NCBI GenBank assembly: GCA_963743305.1
Contig: CAVUPH010000009.1
Location: 1-64,000 of the forward strand
Length of the DNA: 64,000 nt
From: an uncultured delta proteobacterium
GTDB lineage: Bacteria > Desulfobacterota > RBG-13-43-22
Reading direction: 5' to 3'
Below, in pieces: positions 1-9,831 of this stretch. Below the pieces are notes generated by a model. The model saw nothing but the letters and a program-made list of their open reading frames with translations, did not search any database and was not told the origin of the DNA. Each line of letters opens with the position of its first letter. The stretch's first letter is position 1. The position numbers and the translations under genes are program-made.

Positions 1-111
1 TTTTTTTTTTAGGTGCAGGTGCAGGTGCAGGTGCAGGTGCAGGTGCAGGTGCAGGTTTGTGCAGGTTTGTGCAGGTGTGGTGTGGTGTGTATATATTTTT
101 TTTTTTTTTTT
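1..111. repeat. Low-complexity contig start: poly-T, (CAGGTG)n, GT/poly-T
   Basis: Read directly; it abuts a frameshifted gene, so it is probably a read-end artefact. Confidence 0.6.
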
Positions 112-159
112 GCCTCACCACACACACAGCCAACCGTCTTACACCGTTCAAAAAGGATC

Positions 160-959
160 ATGGACACCTGGCCTGATTTCGAGCCTAAACGCTTTCCTTT
201 TGACAAGAACGTGAAAACCCAGACCTCTTCGACACGGAACCCTTGAAAGAGTGCTTCGCTCGTTTGGAATACATCAAGCGTCGGGGAGGCATCTTACTGC
301 TCACCGGCGATCCCGGGGTGGGCAAAACCCTGGCCCTGCGCGCCTATGTGGACCGGCTCAACGAAAACCTCTTCCGACCTTTATACACTCCCCTGTCCAC
401 TCTCAGCCGGGCCGATCTGTTGTATCATCTCAACCGACTTCTGGGCCTGCCCACCCGACTCTCCAAGAGCGCCATCTACCTCCAGATCCAGAAAACTCTC
501 CTGGACTCCAAAGAGCAGGCCGGAAAAACCATCCTGCTGATTATCGATGAGGCCCATCTCCTGCAAACCGGCCCCCTGGAGGAACTCCGGCTCCTGACCA
601 ACTTCAAAATGGATTCCTACGACCCCTTTATCCTCATCCTCTCCGGTCAGTCCGACCTGAGAAGGATCATGGACTTTGCCGTTATGGAGCCCTTCCAGCA
701 GCGGATTGCCATCCGCTACCATCTGCCCGGTCTCCAACCAGACGAAACCAAAAACTATGTGGCTCACCACCTCCAACTGGCCGGCGCCCGGGAACCCCTC
801 CTCGACGACCAGGCCCTCCGGGCCGTCCATGAGGTCAGCTTCGGCATCCCCCGGAAAATCGGCGCTGTTACCGAAGCGGCCCTCACTTACGCCCTCTTTG
901 CCGAGAAACGTACCGTCACGGCTGATATGGTCCTCAAGGTGAAAAACCTCGAGGGGTAG
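160..959 (+). CDS. ExeA/MuB-TnsC-like AAA ATPase (transposase accessory); frameshift near 220
   Basis: Walker A GDPGVGKT, Walker B IIDEAH, ILSGQ, GIPRKI; N-terminus MDTWPDFEPKRFPFDK starts at 160 in another frame. Confidence 0.85.
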
Positions 960-1022
960 ACTCCCTTTCCCGGGTCGGGGGACTTAACCGTTCCCAGGAC
1001 CCGGGTCTTTCCCGGAGGGTCT

Positions 1023-1274
1023 ATGGCCCGTTTCCTCCCTGCTGAAATCGAACGGTTGATTGTCTGGAAAAGGTTGCATCTCTATAACCGGGGGTTGCCT
1101 TGCGGGGCGATAGCCATTCGCCAACGCTTGGATCGGCAGGGGATCCAACCGTTGCCCTCGGTCAGTTCCATCAATCGGATCCTCTCCCGCAACGGTCTCA
1201 CTCACCGTCGTACCGGGTTCTATCCCGCCTCCGACCCCGCTACTACGCTACTTCCACCGGTTGCTTTATCTTGA
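1023..1274 (+). CDS. Small HTH protein resembling an IS481-type transposase N-terminal region
   Basis: GAIAIRQRL..PLPSVSSINRILSRNGL; GGAGG RBS upstream. Confidence 0.55.
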   Translation: MARFLPAEIERLIVWKRLHLYNRGLPCGAIAIRQRLDRQGIQPLPSVSSINRILSRNGLTHRRTGFYPASDPATTLLPPVALS

Positions 1275-1384
1275 TCAAAAATCCTGAAATCCCGCCAATC
1301 CTTTTGTTAATTACCCCCGTTTTATGGCCCTTTCCGGTTGCTTTATTCCGTCAAGTTCCTCTCAAAATAAAGGGGTAATTAACA
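1257..1384 (+). mobile_element. Right end of a TG..CA transposon with repeated putative binding sites
   Basis: TGTTAATTACCCC 1305-1317 is inverted to GGGGTAATTAACA 1372-1384; CCGGTTGCTTTAT at 1257 and 1334; the RAYT reading frame breaks exactly at 1384/1385. Confidence 0.7.
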
Positions 1385-1956
1385 CCGGACGCCGGCCTTG
1401 GCCCACTCCTTCGGCCACAAACGCCTTATAGCGCCGCACCGCCTCCTTGGCCCTCTCGGCAAAATATGCCCGGATCGTGCCGAGGGCCTGCCAGTCCCGC
1501 TCCACCTGACCTATCAGGGCCGAATGGCCGGACCAAGGATACCGGCCTAAGGCCTCCAGGTCCGGGACCAGCCCGGCCCGGAGGGGATTCAAATGGATAT
1601 AACAGGTCAGTTCCAGTAGATAGAGGTCTTCCTGGCAGACGATCGACTTGTACCGGTTCTGAAAGAGGTGGCCCCGCCGCTTGTGCCGCAGATTGAAGTT
1701 GATCGCGTAGCCGGTCATCAGGCGCCGCATGCTCCCGGCCAGGGGTTCTTGTCCGGTCCGGACCAGCAGGTGAAAATGGTTGGGCATCAAGGCCCAGGCA
1801 TAAACGGCCCAACGGCCGGCCCGGCACAATGTCGCCAGTCAGTAAGAGGAAATCCTCTCGGTCCATTTTCGTTCTGAATATCTTGCTGGTCTCAATCCCT
1901 CGGCCCATAACGTGATGGAGGGTCCCGGGAGCATCCAGCCGCGGTTGTCTGGGCAT
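1385..1956 (-). pseudogene. REP-associated tyrosine transposase (RAYT/Y1_Tnp); frameshift near 1835, truncated by insertion at 1384
   Basis: MPRQPRLDAPGTLHHVMGRG, MPNHFHLL (HUH), GHLFQNRYKS, YIHLNPLRAG. Confidence 0.9.
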
Positions 1957-2029
1957 GTTTCCCTTGATAGCGCCTTAAACGACTCCTGTCAAGTATATTC
2001 AGAAACTACGTCCCCTATTACTGAATTCC

Positions 2030-2120
2030 CGAAGGGCCTGATCGGCCTTCTTTTCTATGGATAGGGATCCAGCTCGCAAACGATCGATTTATAACGATTC
2101 TGAAGAGGTGGTCCCGCTTC
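2030..2120 (-). pseudogene. RAYT internal fragment
   Basis: Reverse strand encodes HL(F)QNRYKSIVCELDPY. Confidence 0.7.
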
Positions 2121-2161
2121 CAGCGGGATTATAGCCCACGGCATACCCCGTCAACAACGGT

Positions 2162-2983
2162 TTAGGCCTTGATGAAGGCCAGCAGATCGGTATTGATCTG
2201 CTCCTTGTTGGTGGTGCACATGCCGTGCGGCAGGCCCTGATAGACTTTCAGCGTGGCGCCCTTGACGAACTTCGACGAGAGCAGGGCCGACGCGCCGATC
2301 GGCACAATCTGGTCGTCGTCGCCGTGCATGATAAGCGTTGGCACGTCAATCTTCTTGAGGTCTTCGGTGAAATCCGTCTCGGAAAACGCCTTGATGCAAA
2401 AGTAGGCGGCAGGAAAACCGGCCGTCATTCCCTGGAGCCAGAATGACTCGCGCACGCCTTCCGAGATCTTTGCGCCCGGCCTGTTGTAGCCGTAGAACGG
2501 AAGGGTGAGATCCTTGAAAAACTGCGAGCGGTCGGCGAGGACACCGGCCCGGATGCCGTCGAACACCTCCATGGGCAAGCCGCCGGGATTGACGTCCGTC
2601 TTCAGCATCAGCGGCGGGACCGCGCCGACCAGCACGGCCTTGGCCACACGTTTCGTGCCGTGGCGGCCGATATAGCGGGCGACTTCGCCGCCGCCTGTCG
2701 AGTGGCCGACATGGACGGCCTTTTTCAGGTCGAGCGCTTCGACGAGCGCAGCGAGGTCGTCGGCGTAGGTGTCCATGTTGTTGCCGTTCCAGGGCTGGCT
2801 CGAGCGGCCGTGGCCGCGGCGATCATGGGCCACGCATCGATATCCGCGGGAAACCAGAAAGAACATCTGGTCTTCAAAGGCATCTGCGCTGAGCGGCCAG
2901 CCATGGCTGAAAACCACCGGCTGTCCGCTGCCCCAGTCCTTGTAATAGATCTGCGTGCCGTCTTTGGTCATAATGGTGGGCAT
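2162..2983 (-). CDS. cpo: Non-heme chloroperoxidase/perhydrolase (alpha/beta hydrolase)
   Basis: [37 protein letters not shown]; AAGGAG RBS before Met at 2983. Confidence 0.92.
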   Translation of the reverse strand: MPTIMTKDGTQIYYKDWGSGQPVVFSHGWPLSADAFEDQMFFLVSRGYRCVAHDRRGHGRSSQPWNGNNMDTYADDLAALVEALDLKKAVHVGHSTGGGEVARYIGRHGTKRVAKAVLVGAVPPLMLKTDVNPGGLPMEVFDGIRAGVLADRSQFFKDLTLPFYGYNRPGAKISEGVRESFWLQGMTAGFPAAYFCIKAFSETDFTEDLKKIDVPTLIMHGDDDQIVPIGASALLSSKFVKGATLKVYQGLPHGMCTTNKEQINTDLLAFIKA

Positions 2984-3109
2984 GGAATGCTCTCCTTTCT
3001 TTAGTTGAAATAGGATAACCCCTGTCATTGAATTGATAAATACTTGAAAACCATTATTTGGGGGGGATACAGGCCGTTATTTTTGATAAAAGGGAAAAAT
3101 GCGGGTATC

Positions 3110-3250
3110 GGTTTTCTGGGCCAGGGATCTTACCCGCTCGACAAAGGGTTGCCGATCTTCCTCATCCTGGAAGATATTGCTTCCCTTGATCCCCCGGACC
3201 ATGACATGGTGCAGGGTCCCGGGGACATCTAAGCGGGCGTGTCGTGGCAT
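3110..3250 (-). pseudogene. RAYT N-terminal fragment
   Basis: Reverse strand encodes MPRHARLDVPGTLHHVMVRGIKGSNIFQDEEDRQPF. Confidence 0.85.
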
Positions 3251-3495
3251 TGGACATTCCCAACTATATTGCCGCTCCTTGTAAATCTTTTTCTGAACCC
3301 AGTGAACGACGTCCTCCTTTAGGGACTAAACTGTTACCAAATTCCTTCCGAAAGATTATACGCACCTACATAGAAATTAGATGAAAAATACAGGTTTCAC
3401 ATTATTGCCTTTGACGCCGTTTCGAACGAAAATAGGTATAAAGACGGCTGATAGGGCCATCAACAATTCATTCTACACAACAGAAAGGAGAAACC

Positions 3496-3687
3496 ATGGC
3501 ACTAAAAACGGAACCCTTGGTATGGGTAAAGGACAATGCGGGAAACAGATTTTTATGCCCCTTGGATGCGTTGAGGGATCCAAACTCATTGAGTGAAGAG
3601 GAAAAAAAGAATTGTGTGGATGATGCCTCGCAACTCAAGAATCCCAAAAGTGTGCCGGGCGAAGGGAAGCTCAAGTTCCCTTCCTAG
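3496..3687 (+). CDS. Small hypothetical protein (63 aa)
   Basis: AAGGAG RBS; coding-like composition; FLCPLDAL..CVDD. Confidence 0.65.
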   Translation: MALKTEPLVWVKDNAGNRFLCPLDALRDPNSLSEEEKKNCVDDASQLKNPKSVPGEGKLKFPS

Positions 3688-3787
3688 GGTGCAAAATCTT
3701 CAATCCTTCCGGCCCGGCCTCACGGCCGGGTCACTTTTTAAATAGCCTCTTTTTCTCGATGAGTTTAAACCCGTTGAGCTTTTTTCC

Positions 3788-4060
3788 GGGACGGCGTTCA
3801 TTTCATTCAGTTTTGTCTTTTCATCCAGCCCTTTAACCGCCATGGCCACTCCGCTGGTCCCGATACCAACCAGCCGGGCGATCTCCGCCAGCGGAATCCC
3901 CACTTCCCGGTATAAATGAACATAGAGGCTTCGTCGGAGTTCCGATACGGCCTGGCGGCGGCTCCCGGATCTCAACTCCCGATGCTCGACGATGGTCTGA
4001 TCAAAAAGCAGCTTGACCCGGGCGTCGAAGCTTTCGGACTCCTCTTCATCCCAGAACAAC
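3788..4060 (-). pseudogene. RAYT C-terminal fragment (DnaA C-terminal-like HTH)
   Basis: ELRSGSRRQAVSELRR..GIPLAEIARLVGIGTSGV followed by AACGCCGTCCC end motif. Confidence 0.7.
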
Positions 4061-4099
4061 AGCAGGAAACAGGCGGCCCTCCATCCCGTTTCGTGAGCT

Positions 4100-5626
4100 T
4101 CAAAACATCGGCGCCGTGGTGGGCAGATTCGCCGAATCAATTCCCTCACACAACGCATTGTCTACCGTGAGAGTACCCTGTGCATCCAGGGTTACGGTCC
4201 AGATGGTGTCGTAGTCTTTTACCGGCCACGTTTCATCCAGAAGGGGCAGGCTGCTGCCATACATTTTGATCAGTTGGTTGATAAACGGTTTGATATGCCC
4301 TGATTCCCAGGCCACCAGCAGTACCTGGTTGGAGAAAGAGCTGCCGTCGGGGTGGGGAAAGAAGAAAAAATCTCGGGTGGCTTGGGCTACATCCACCTCC
4401 GTCGGGTTAAACGGATTTCCTAACGACAGGCCTGCGGCCAGGTAGTAGGGCAGGTTATTGGCGATGACATAGGGCAGTACCGTCAGGGATGGCCTCACAT
4501 AGGAAACGGCTAGATCATAATTTGGATACCACATGCCGGCGGGGTCAATCGAATACACCGCATTGGGAGCAATCTTGCCACGAAGGGTGTTAGCCAGGGA
4601 TAGGGCGCGCCATTGACCTGCAGCCACATAATTGCCGTCATCAAATTTGTTGTTGGTTTGATCATCCGGGTGCGCCTCAGCATGGCGGATAATATATAGC
4701 CGTAAATTTTTGTTGACAGTCGCCGGAACAATAACGTCAGTCATTCCCGCATACGCCGCCAGCCGGGTATACGGTTGCAGATCATATTTACAGGCAGTCG
4801 TTGGCACCTCAGGGTGGAGCAGGGGATAGGTGGCCGGGGGGGTCAGATTGCTGTTGTAGGTAACCAGGCCGGCTTTGCCTGATGCTGCTGTCGGGATGGA
4901 AACTGCATAAACATAATTACTACCCTGATAGGCAGCGGGCAAACTCAAATTATAAACGTATTGGGTATTCATTTCAGTCAGCATAGCACTCACTGTTTTC
5001 CAGGGGGCGGTAAAAACATAGTAGCCCGGCGTTTTCTTGGCTATAATGCCGGCGACCAGCGTGTCGTTAATGCCGCCGGCATTCCCGAAATCCAAGCCAC
5101 TGCAGTTAGTGCAAAATGCGGCTGGCATTATAGCGTCAGCCGGTACTCCGGCTGCATTGGCATAGGACACATTAATCGGGTAGTTATTGGCCGTATAGGT
5201 GGTGCCGTTCGGACCATCAACATGCAGCGTTATTTGATTCAGCAGGGCGAATTGCTGGATGAAACCGATGGCGGCCATGTCAGGAAATTTGTTGGCGGTT
5301 TGCAGATGGCTCATCGGCGAAATCGTGTAGATGGCGGTTACATTCTTTCCGCCCAACACCTGCTGCTTCAGGTACGTAGCCGTCCTGAGAGAGCGCTGCA
5401 ACCCCTGATTGGAGAGGTTGGCCGTGTCGGGGTTCACATCACCCGGTGTGCTGTGTTCCAGATCAGGGGTGACCACAAAGATCAGGTTGACGTTGTCGGC
5501 ACTCAGAGGCGGGGGGGAGTTGAGCACCAAAGGCATCCAGGTCAAATTACCATTTCCGCCATAGCAAAAATTTACCTGTAAAAACAACAAAAACGTAATA
5601 AAAACTGTTTTCTTGAGCATTTCCAT
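4100..5626 (-). CDS. Secreted histidine-phosphatase-superfamily-like protein with two related halves
   Basis: Signal peptide; IIRHAE motif, GQWRA, RPSLTVLP, VLLVAWE; N-terminal half has LSNQGLQRS but no RH. Confidence 0.6.
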   Translation of the reverse strand: MEMLKKTVFITFLLFLQVNFCYGGNGNLTWMPLVLNSPPPLSADNVNLIFVVTPDLEHSTPGDVNPDTANLSNQGLQRSLRTATYLKQQVLGGKNVTAIYTISPMSHLQTANKFPDMAAIGFIQQFALLNQITLHVDGPNGTTYTANNYPINVSYANAAGVPADAIMPAAFCTNCSGLDFGNAGGINDTLVAGIIAKKTPGYYVFTAPWKTVSAMLTEMNTQYVYNLSLPAAYQGSNYVYAVSIPTAASGKAGLVTYNSNLTPPATYPLLHPEVPTTACKYDLQPYTRLAAYAGMTDVIVPATVNKNLRLYIIRHAEAHPDDQTNNKFDDGNYVAAGQWRALSLANTLRGKIAPNAVYSIDPAGMWYPNYDLAVSYVRPSLTVLPYVIANNLPYYLAAGLSLGNPFNPTEVDVAQATRDFFFFPHPDGSSFSNQVLLVAWESGHIKPFINQLIKMYGSSLPLLDETWPVKDYDTIWTVTLDAQGTLTVDNALCEGIDSANLPTTAPMF

Positions 5627-6261
5627 CTCCTGTTTTGGATGAGCTGATATAGGTGATGACGAATTTTAGGGTTATAACCAGCGCAAATTGGAAAGTTTTA
5701 GTGTGATGAGGAAATGATCCGGAAGTATGTTCGGTATCAGGAAGAGAGAGAGCAACAGGACGAGCAATTGAGATTGGATTTGTAAGTCATTCATAACGCG
5801 GCACAACTTGAAGGCCCTGCCTCCTCAGGGGGCAGGGCCATGCCCCCCTAGGGGGGGCCCAGTTAAAACCGCACCCTATGGGTGCGGAAGTTTATATCTC
5901 AAGGGTTCCGCTCTTTTCTTAGTCTTTTGATTTTAAGGCTTGGGTTAATAAAAGTCAACAAGGCTGAAAAAATATTGGTTGGTAAAGGGGGACGTTGTTC
6001 ACCGAATTCAATTATATTTTCAAGTGGACACATATCCCGGCGACAAGAAACGTCATCCAACATCCCACCCGGCCTGTCCACCCCATCCTTTGGATGGAAC
6101 TTCTATTGATCCCCGATTTAGAGGCACTTCAAAGCGATCGTATAGGCTTGCAGGCATCAGAATGCCCTACTTAAAAAAATGGAAAAGTTAACTTCAAAAA
6201 ACCGAAGGAAAGGAATGGCTATCGGTTTCAGTGTAAGTGTAGGTATATAATGGGGTTTTGT

Positions 6262-6475
6262 GGGAAGTCAAGGGAAAAAACTAGATGGAAGAGAGAAGAT
6301 GGAAGATGGAAGAAATTCGGGGAAAGGAAGAAGGGAGAAGAGAGAGGACAGAGGAGAGAAACCGGAGGGCTGGGAAGGACCAGATGGAAGCGGGAAGATG
6401 GAAGATGGAAGAAACTGAGGGAGCCGGATGGGGGAGGTAAGTCGTTAGGCGCGAGAGCAGGGAGAAATCTTAGAC
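6262..6475 (+). repeat. Purine-rich degenerate heptamer repeat (GAAGATG/GAAGAGA) intergenic element
   Basis: Related blocks at about 10807-10900, 15425-15560 and 21378-21410. Confidence 0.6.
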
Positions 6476-6495
6476 CGTTGACCGGCGCCCGGAGG

Positions 6496-6975
6496 TTAAA
6501 CGGGCTCCAGGTGCTTCTTGCCTTTCAGCCGGTCGAGCCAGCGCCAGGCGGTCTTCCCGCGGCCCCGGGTAGTCAGGGTTACCGTGCCATTCGGCCTAAC
6601 GATAATATCCGTCTTCACGGATCGACCGCGGAGGTAATCGGCGCTAAAATGAAGCTCTCCCCGGACATAACGGAGGCCGACAAACAGATCGGCGACACCG
6701 AATTCATCCTCTTCTATATAATAAATATCGGACACTCCCCTGGGCCGGGCATCGGCGAAGGATAGGACCGCCAGAGCAAAGATGAATCCAAAAGCACTCC
6801 ACTCGACCAGGTCTGCCGGTTCATCCTCGTCATCCGGACCCAATACCAGTTCCAGGCGGGCGAATAAATTCCGGCCGTCGAGGCTGGGTTCCAGGTGGTC
6901 CTCCACCAGCCGGAATCCGACCAGGGCTCCGGCTTCCAACAACTGATAGCCGATAAGATGGGTTTCGTTGGTCAT
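6496..6975 (-). CDS. Hypothetical protein
   Basis: 159-aa ORF with globular composition; no motif recognised. Confidence 0.7.
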   Translation of the reverse strand: MTNETHLIGYQLLEAGALVGFRLVEDHLEPSLDGRNLFARLELVLGPDDEDEPADLVEWSAFGFIFALAVLSFADARPRGVSDIYYIEEDEFGVADLFVGLRYVRGELHFSADYLRGRSVKTDIIVRPNGTVTLTTRGRGKTAWRWLDRLKGKKHLEPV

Positions 6976-6978
6976 TCT

Positions 6979-7244
6979 TTAGCAGAAAGTCCGGACAATA
7001 TACTTTCTAAACCTCTTATCAAAGGCCGTGTCGAAAAGTATGGATTTAGGCTTCATGCCCTATCCGATCTGTTCGATAAAATTCCCCACTGTAACCCTTT
7101 TAACTTTTCCGGCCTTCAAGTTTCTTTCGGCCTCGGCTATCCTGAGCAGGAAATTTTGCCTTTTCACACTCTGGTATATTTCTTTGAGGACCCTGTCATT
7201 CTTCTTTAGGAACAGTCACTGTTTCATTGGCAATTGAATCCACA
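6979..7244 (-). pseudogene. Decayed type II toxin-antitoxin pair (RelB/ParD-like antitoxin, truncated RelE-like toxin start)
   Basis: ETVTVPKEE../RIAEAERNLKAGKVK followed by MKPKSILFDTAFDKRFRKY; strong RBS. Confidence 0.45.
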
Positions 7245-7475
7245 CCGCCCCCTCCTTCCTTTTTTCTTTTCAAATGTCCTGTGGCTAACAAAATATCACA
7301 GGATAAGGTTAATGATCAATAAACTTTAAAGATAGTTAATGGGGATGGTTTGGAGTTCGGCCAGTGACATCTGCCCATAGTGCGGCCCGATCGGGACGAA
7401 ATCCAGACCGCGCAGGGCGGCGACGACATCTTCCGACGATGGAATGGGCGGCGAAGCAGTTACAGTTTCTTCTTA

Positions 7476-7637
7476 GGATCTGTAAACAAATAACCTTGAC
7501 AAAGCGACACTACAACCGTTCGCCCTGAGCTGCGAGCCTGTCGAGCAGTCGAAGGGTGAACGATACGGCCATGCTTCGACAAGCTCAGCATGAACGGAGA
7601 TACCGCGCCATTGTACAGCTTATTTCTTGACGGGTTC
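7476..7637 (+). mobile_element. MITE family A, copy 1 (162 bp, internal REP-like hairpins)
   Basis: Flanked by TTA..TTA; imperfect terminal IRs; near-identical inverted copy at 11305-11466. Confidence 0.85.
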
Positions 7638-8012
7638 TTAGCGAGGCGAAGCGTTTCTTCGTAGATTCGATTTCGCGGCCCCAGGGCGACTATTTCAATG
7701 GGGATGCATCTCCCGGATACTCTCGGCGACCCCTTCGGGTACCCGAAGTTTGTTAACGCCAGTCCCCATCGATTACCCGGGATTATTTCCAGGGTCTGCC
7801 AACAAATCCTCCAGGGAATAGAGCCGTGCTTTCTTTTCCCTCAGCGCTTTCAGCGACGATTTCCTCGTCGGTGGCTTGAACGGCTTCGACCAGACCGCTC
7901 AGCTTCATCTTCACTTCGGATAGGGACAGGGTTTTCATAAAAATCGACCTCCAACTTATGACCTAGCATCACAGCCCGGCTTAATCGCGCTCGGGCTGTG
8001 GTTTGAAGTCCA

Positions 8013-8168
8013 ATGTTCCTCGCAAAAAGTCCAAAAACCTGTCATTGCGACCCCGGACCTGATCCGGGGGAAGCAATCCCCACCATGGTAACTAGCTGAT
8101 TCTTGGGGATTGCTTCGTCGCTTTACTCCTCGCAATGACACCGCTGGGGACTTTTTGCGAAACCATCA
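8013..8168 (+). mobile_element. MITE family B copy with GTCATTGCGA..GAAGCAATC REP pair
   Basis: CCTCGCAAAAAGTC..GACTTTTTGCGAAACCATCA ends; inverted relative at 12326-12465. Confidence 0.8.
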
Positions 8169-8179
8169 TAGTTGACCCG

Positions 8180-8788
8180 CTATTGTTTTTTAAAAATCGC
8201 TTCCAGCACGTGGTCGTCGGTAACTTCCTTGAAGGTGTAGGTGTTTACGGCGCCTTGCGAAACCTTGTCCACCAGGACCTCGGAAACCCGGTAGCCGGGC
8301 AGCGGGATAATCTGGAACCTCCGCTTCTCTCCAGGAAACGCCTTTACCGTACCGTAAGGATGGATGACCCCGTTAACCGGGGGGCGGACTTGAATCGTGT
8401 AGGTTCTCAGGGAAAAGGTGGCGGTGGCCGTCTGGTCGGTTGACACGATGACCGAACATGTACGTAAGGTTCCCCCGCAGGCTCCACTCCAGCCCTCGAA
8501 TACGGAATGGGGGTCGGGAATCGCGACCAGGGTCACCGGCGTTCCTTTTTTAAAGGAAGGCCCGGCGGGGTTCCTTCTCACATGGCCCTGCCCATTCCCG
8601 TTCCGGAGAATCGTCAAAGTATGCTGCGGTATGACCGGCGGCTGATTGGTGGCGGACGGGAGGTCCGGCCGGGTATCGGGCGCCGCTTTGGGGGTTCCCT
8701 GACCGGAAACCCGGTCGCCGAAATAAAACAGAAAGATCGTCAGGCCGAGTACGGGGATCGCCCACTTCGGGCCGTTGCGCCGTTTCAT
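8180..8788 (-). CDS. Exported protein with divergent InlB B-repeat-like domains
   Basis: N-terminal hydrophobic segment; VTLVAIPDPHSVFEGWSGAC; PLPGYRVSEVLVD..YTF..H.LEAIF. Confidence 0.75.
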   Translation of the reverse strand: MKRRNGPKWAIPVLGLTIFLFYFGDRVSGQGTPKAAPDTRPDLPSATNQPPVIPQHTLTILRNGNGQGHVRRNPAGPSFKKGTPVTLVAIPDPHSVFEGWSGACGGTLRTCSVIVSTDQTATATFSLRTYTIQVRPPVNGVIHPYGTVKAFPGEKRRFQIIPLPGYRVSEVLVDKVSQGAVNTYTFKEVTDDHVLEAIFKKQ

Positions 8789-8801
8789 ACCCTTGCTCCT
8801 T

Positions 8802-9806
8802 TTATTTGCGAATGGTTATCGGTCGTCGGTTCTCCAGCCGCTCCAGGGCGGTTTTGACGCTGGTCCGCATCCGTTCGATCGACTGGCCCAGCCGGGCGAC
8901 CTCTCCTTCCCCCTCTACGTCGATGGCCGCATCCAGGTCCCCCATGCTGATCCGGTCGGCCGCTTCCGACAGGCGGCGGATCGGCCGGACCAGGGAAGAC
9001 GAAAAGGCGTAGATAACCGCCAGCAGTACGGCCAGGTCGATCAGGACAATGGCCAAGAAAAGCAGAAACCGGCTTCTGTACTTCTCCGAGTAGGACGCTT
9101 GCATTCGGTCCACCTTGGCCTGGATGGCGCCCGCCGGTTTTCCGAATTCGTCGATATACGTCGTGGCGGCCACGATCAGGTTCGTGCCCTCCACCGGGGC
9201 GCTGAACATGTACTTGGGCCGCACCTTCCCATCGATGTCCGTCCATTGGTAATAGCCGCCCGAGGCCCCTTTCAGTCCCGCTTCCATGACCTTGACGAAT
9301 TCCGGCAGTTTACCGGCCAGCCGATGGAGGTCGGTCCCCACGATCTTCGGATTAACGTGAAAATAGTTGATCCCTTTATCGTTGTGAACCGCCGTATAGC
9401 CGGTTTCCCCGACCCGCTGGATGGCGATCTCCTGGAGCCGCGGCTGGTTGGCCAGGGCCGCCTCCGACAGGCCCGGGTGCGCTTCCAGGTAGATTTCAAT
9501 CTGCCGGGCCACTCCCTCGGCTTTTTCCTGAATGATCTTCTCTCCCAGTTTGTTGAGGGAAGCGACGGATTCTTTGACGCTGGCGGCGCCCAGTTCCTTC
9601 AGGCTGTCGGACCCGAGGGCCCGGATGCTGACCAACGGGCCCACATTGACGAAAAGCAGGCCGGCGATGACCAGGAAGGCGATCAGAATGGGAACGAAGA
9701 TCCCCAGCAGCAGCGTTTTCTTTAAGCCCAGCCGGTTCATTCGCTGCCTGAAGGGTCCCGATTTCAGGTCTGGAAAGCCTTCCTCGCGCTTCGATATTTC
9801 CGTCAT
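8802..9806 (-). CDS. Membrane Cache + HAMP protein with no output domain
   Basis: Two TM helices, VGETGY..FHVNPKIVG Cache, HAMP (RPIRRL..GEVARLGQSIERM), then stop; GGAGG RBS. Confidence 0.85.
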   Translation of the reverse strand: MTEISKREEGFPDLKSGPFRQRMNRLGLKKTLLLGIFVPILIAFLVIAGLLFVNVGPLVSIRALGSDSLKELGAASVKESVASLNKLGEKIIQEKAEGVARQIEIYLEAHPGLSEAALANQPRLQEIAIQRVGETGYTAVHNDKGINYFHVNPKIVGTDLHRLAGKLPEFVKVMEAGLKGASGGYYQWTDIDGKVRPKYMFSAPVEGTNLIVAATTYIDEFGKPAGAIQAKVDRMQASYSEKYRSRFLLFLAIVLIDLAVLLAVIYAFSSSLVRPIRRLSEAADRISMGDLDAAIDVEGEGEVARLGQSIERMRTSVKTALERLENRRPITIRK

Positions 9807-9831
9807 GATCGATCCTCCTGATTTCGAGTGC

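Noticed and set aside
1-111. (CAGGTG)n as a telomere-like repeat or poly-QV protein
   Set aside because: At the contig edge, mixed with homopolymers and next to an error-rich gene; most likely a read-end artefact
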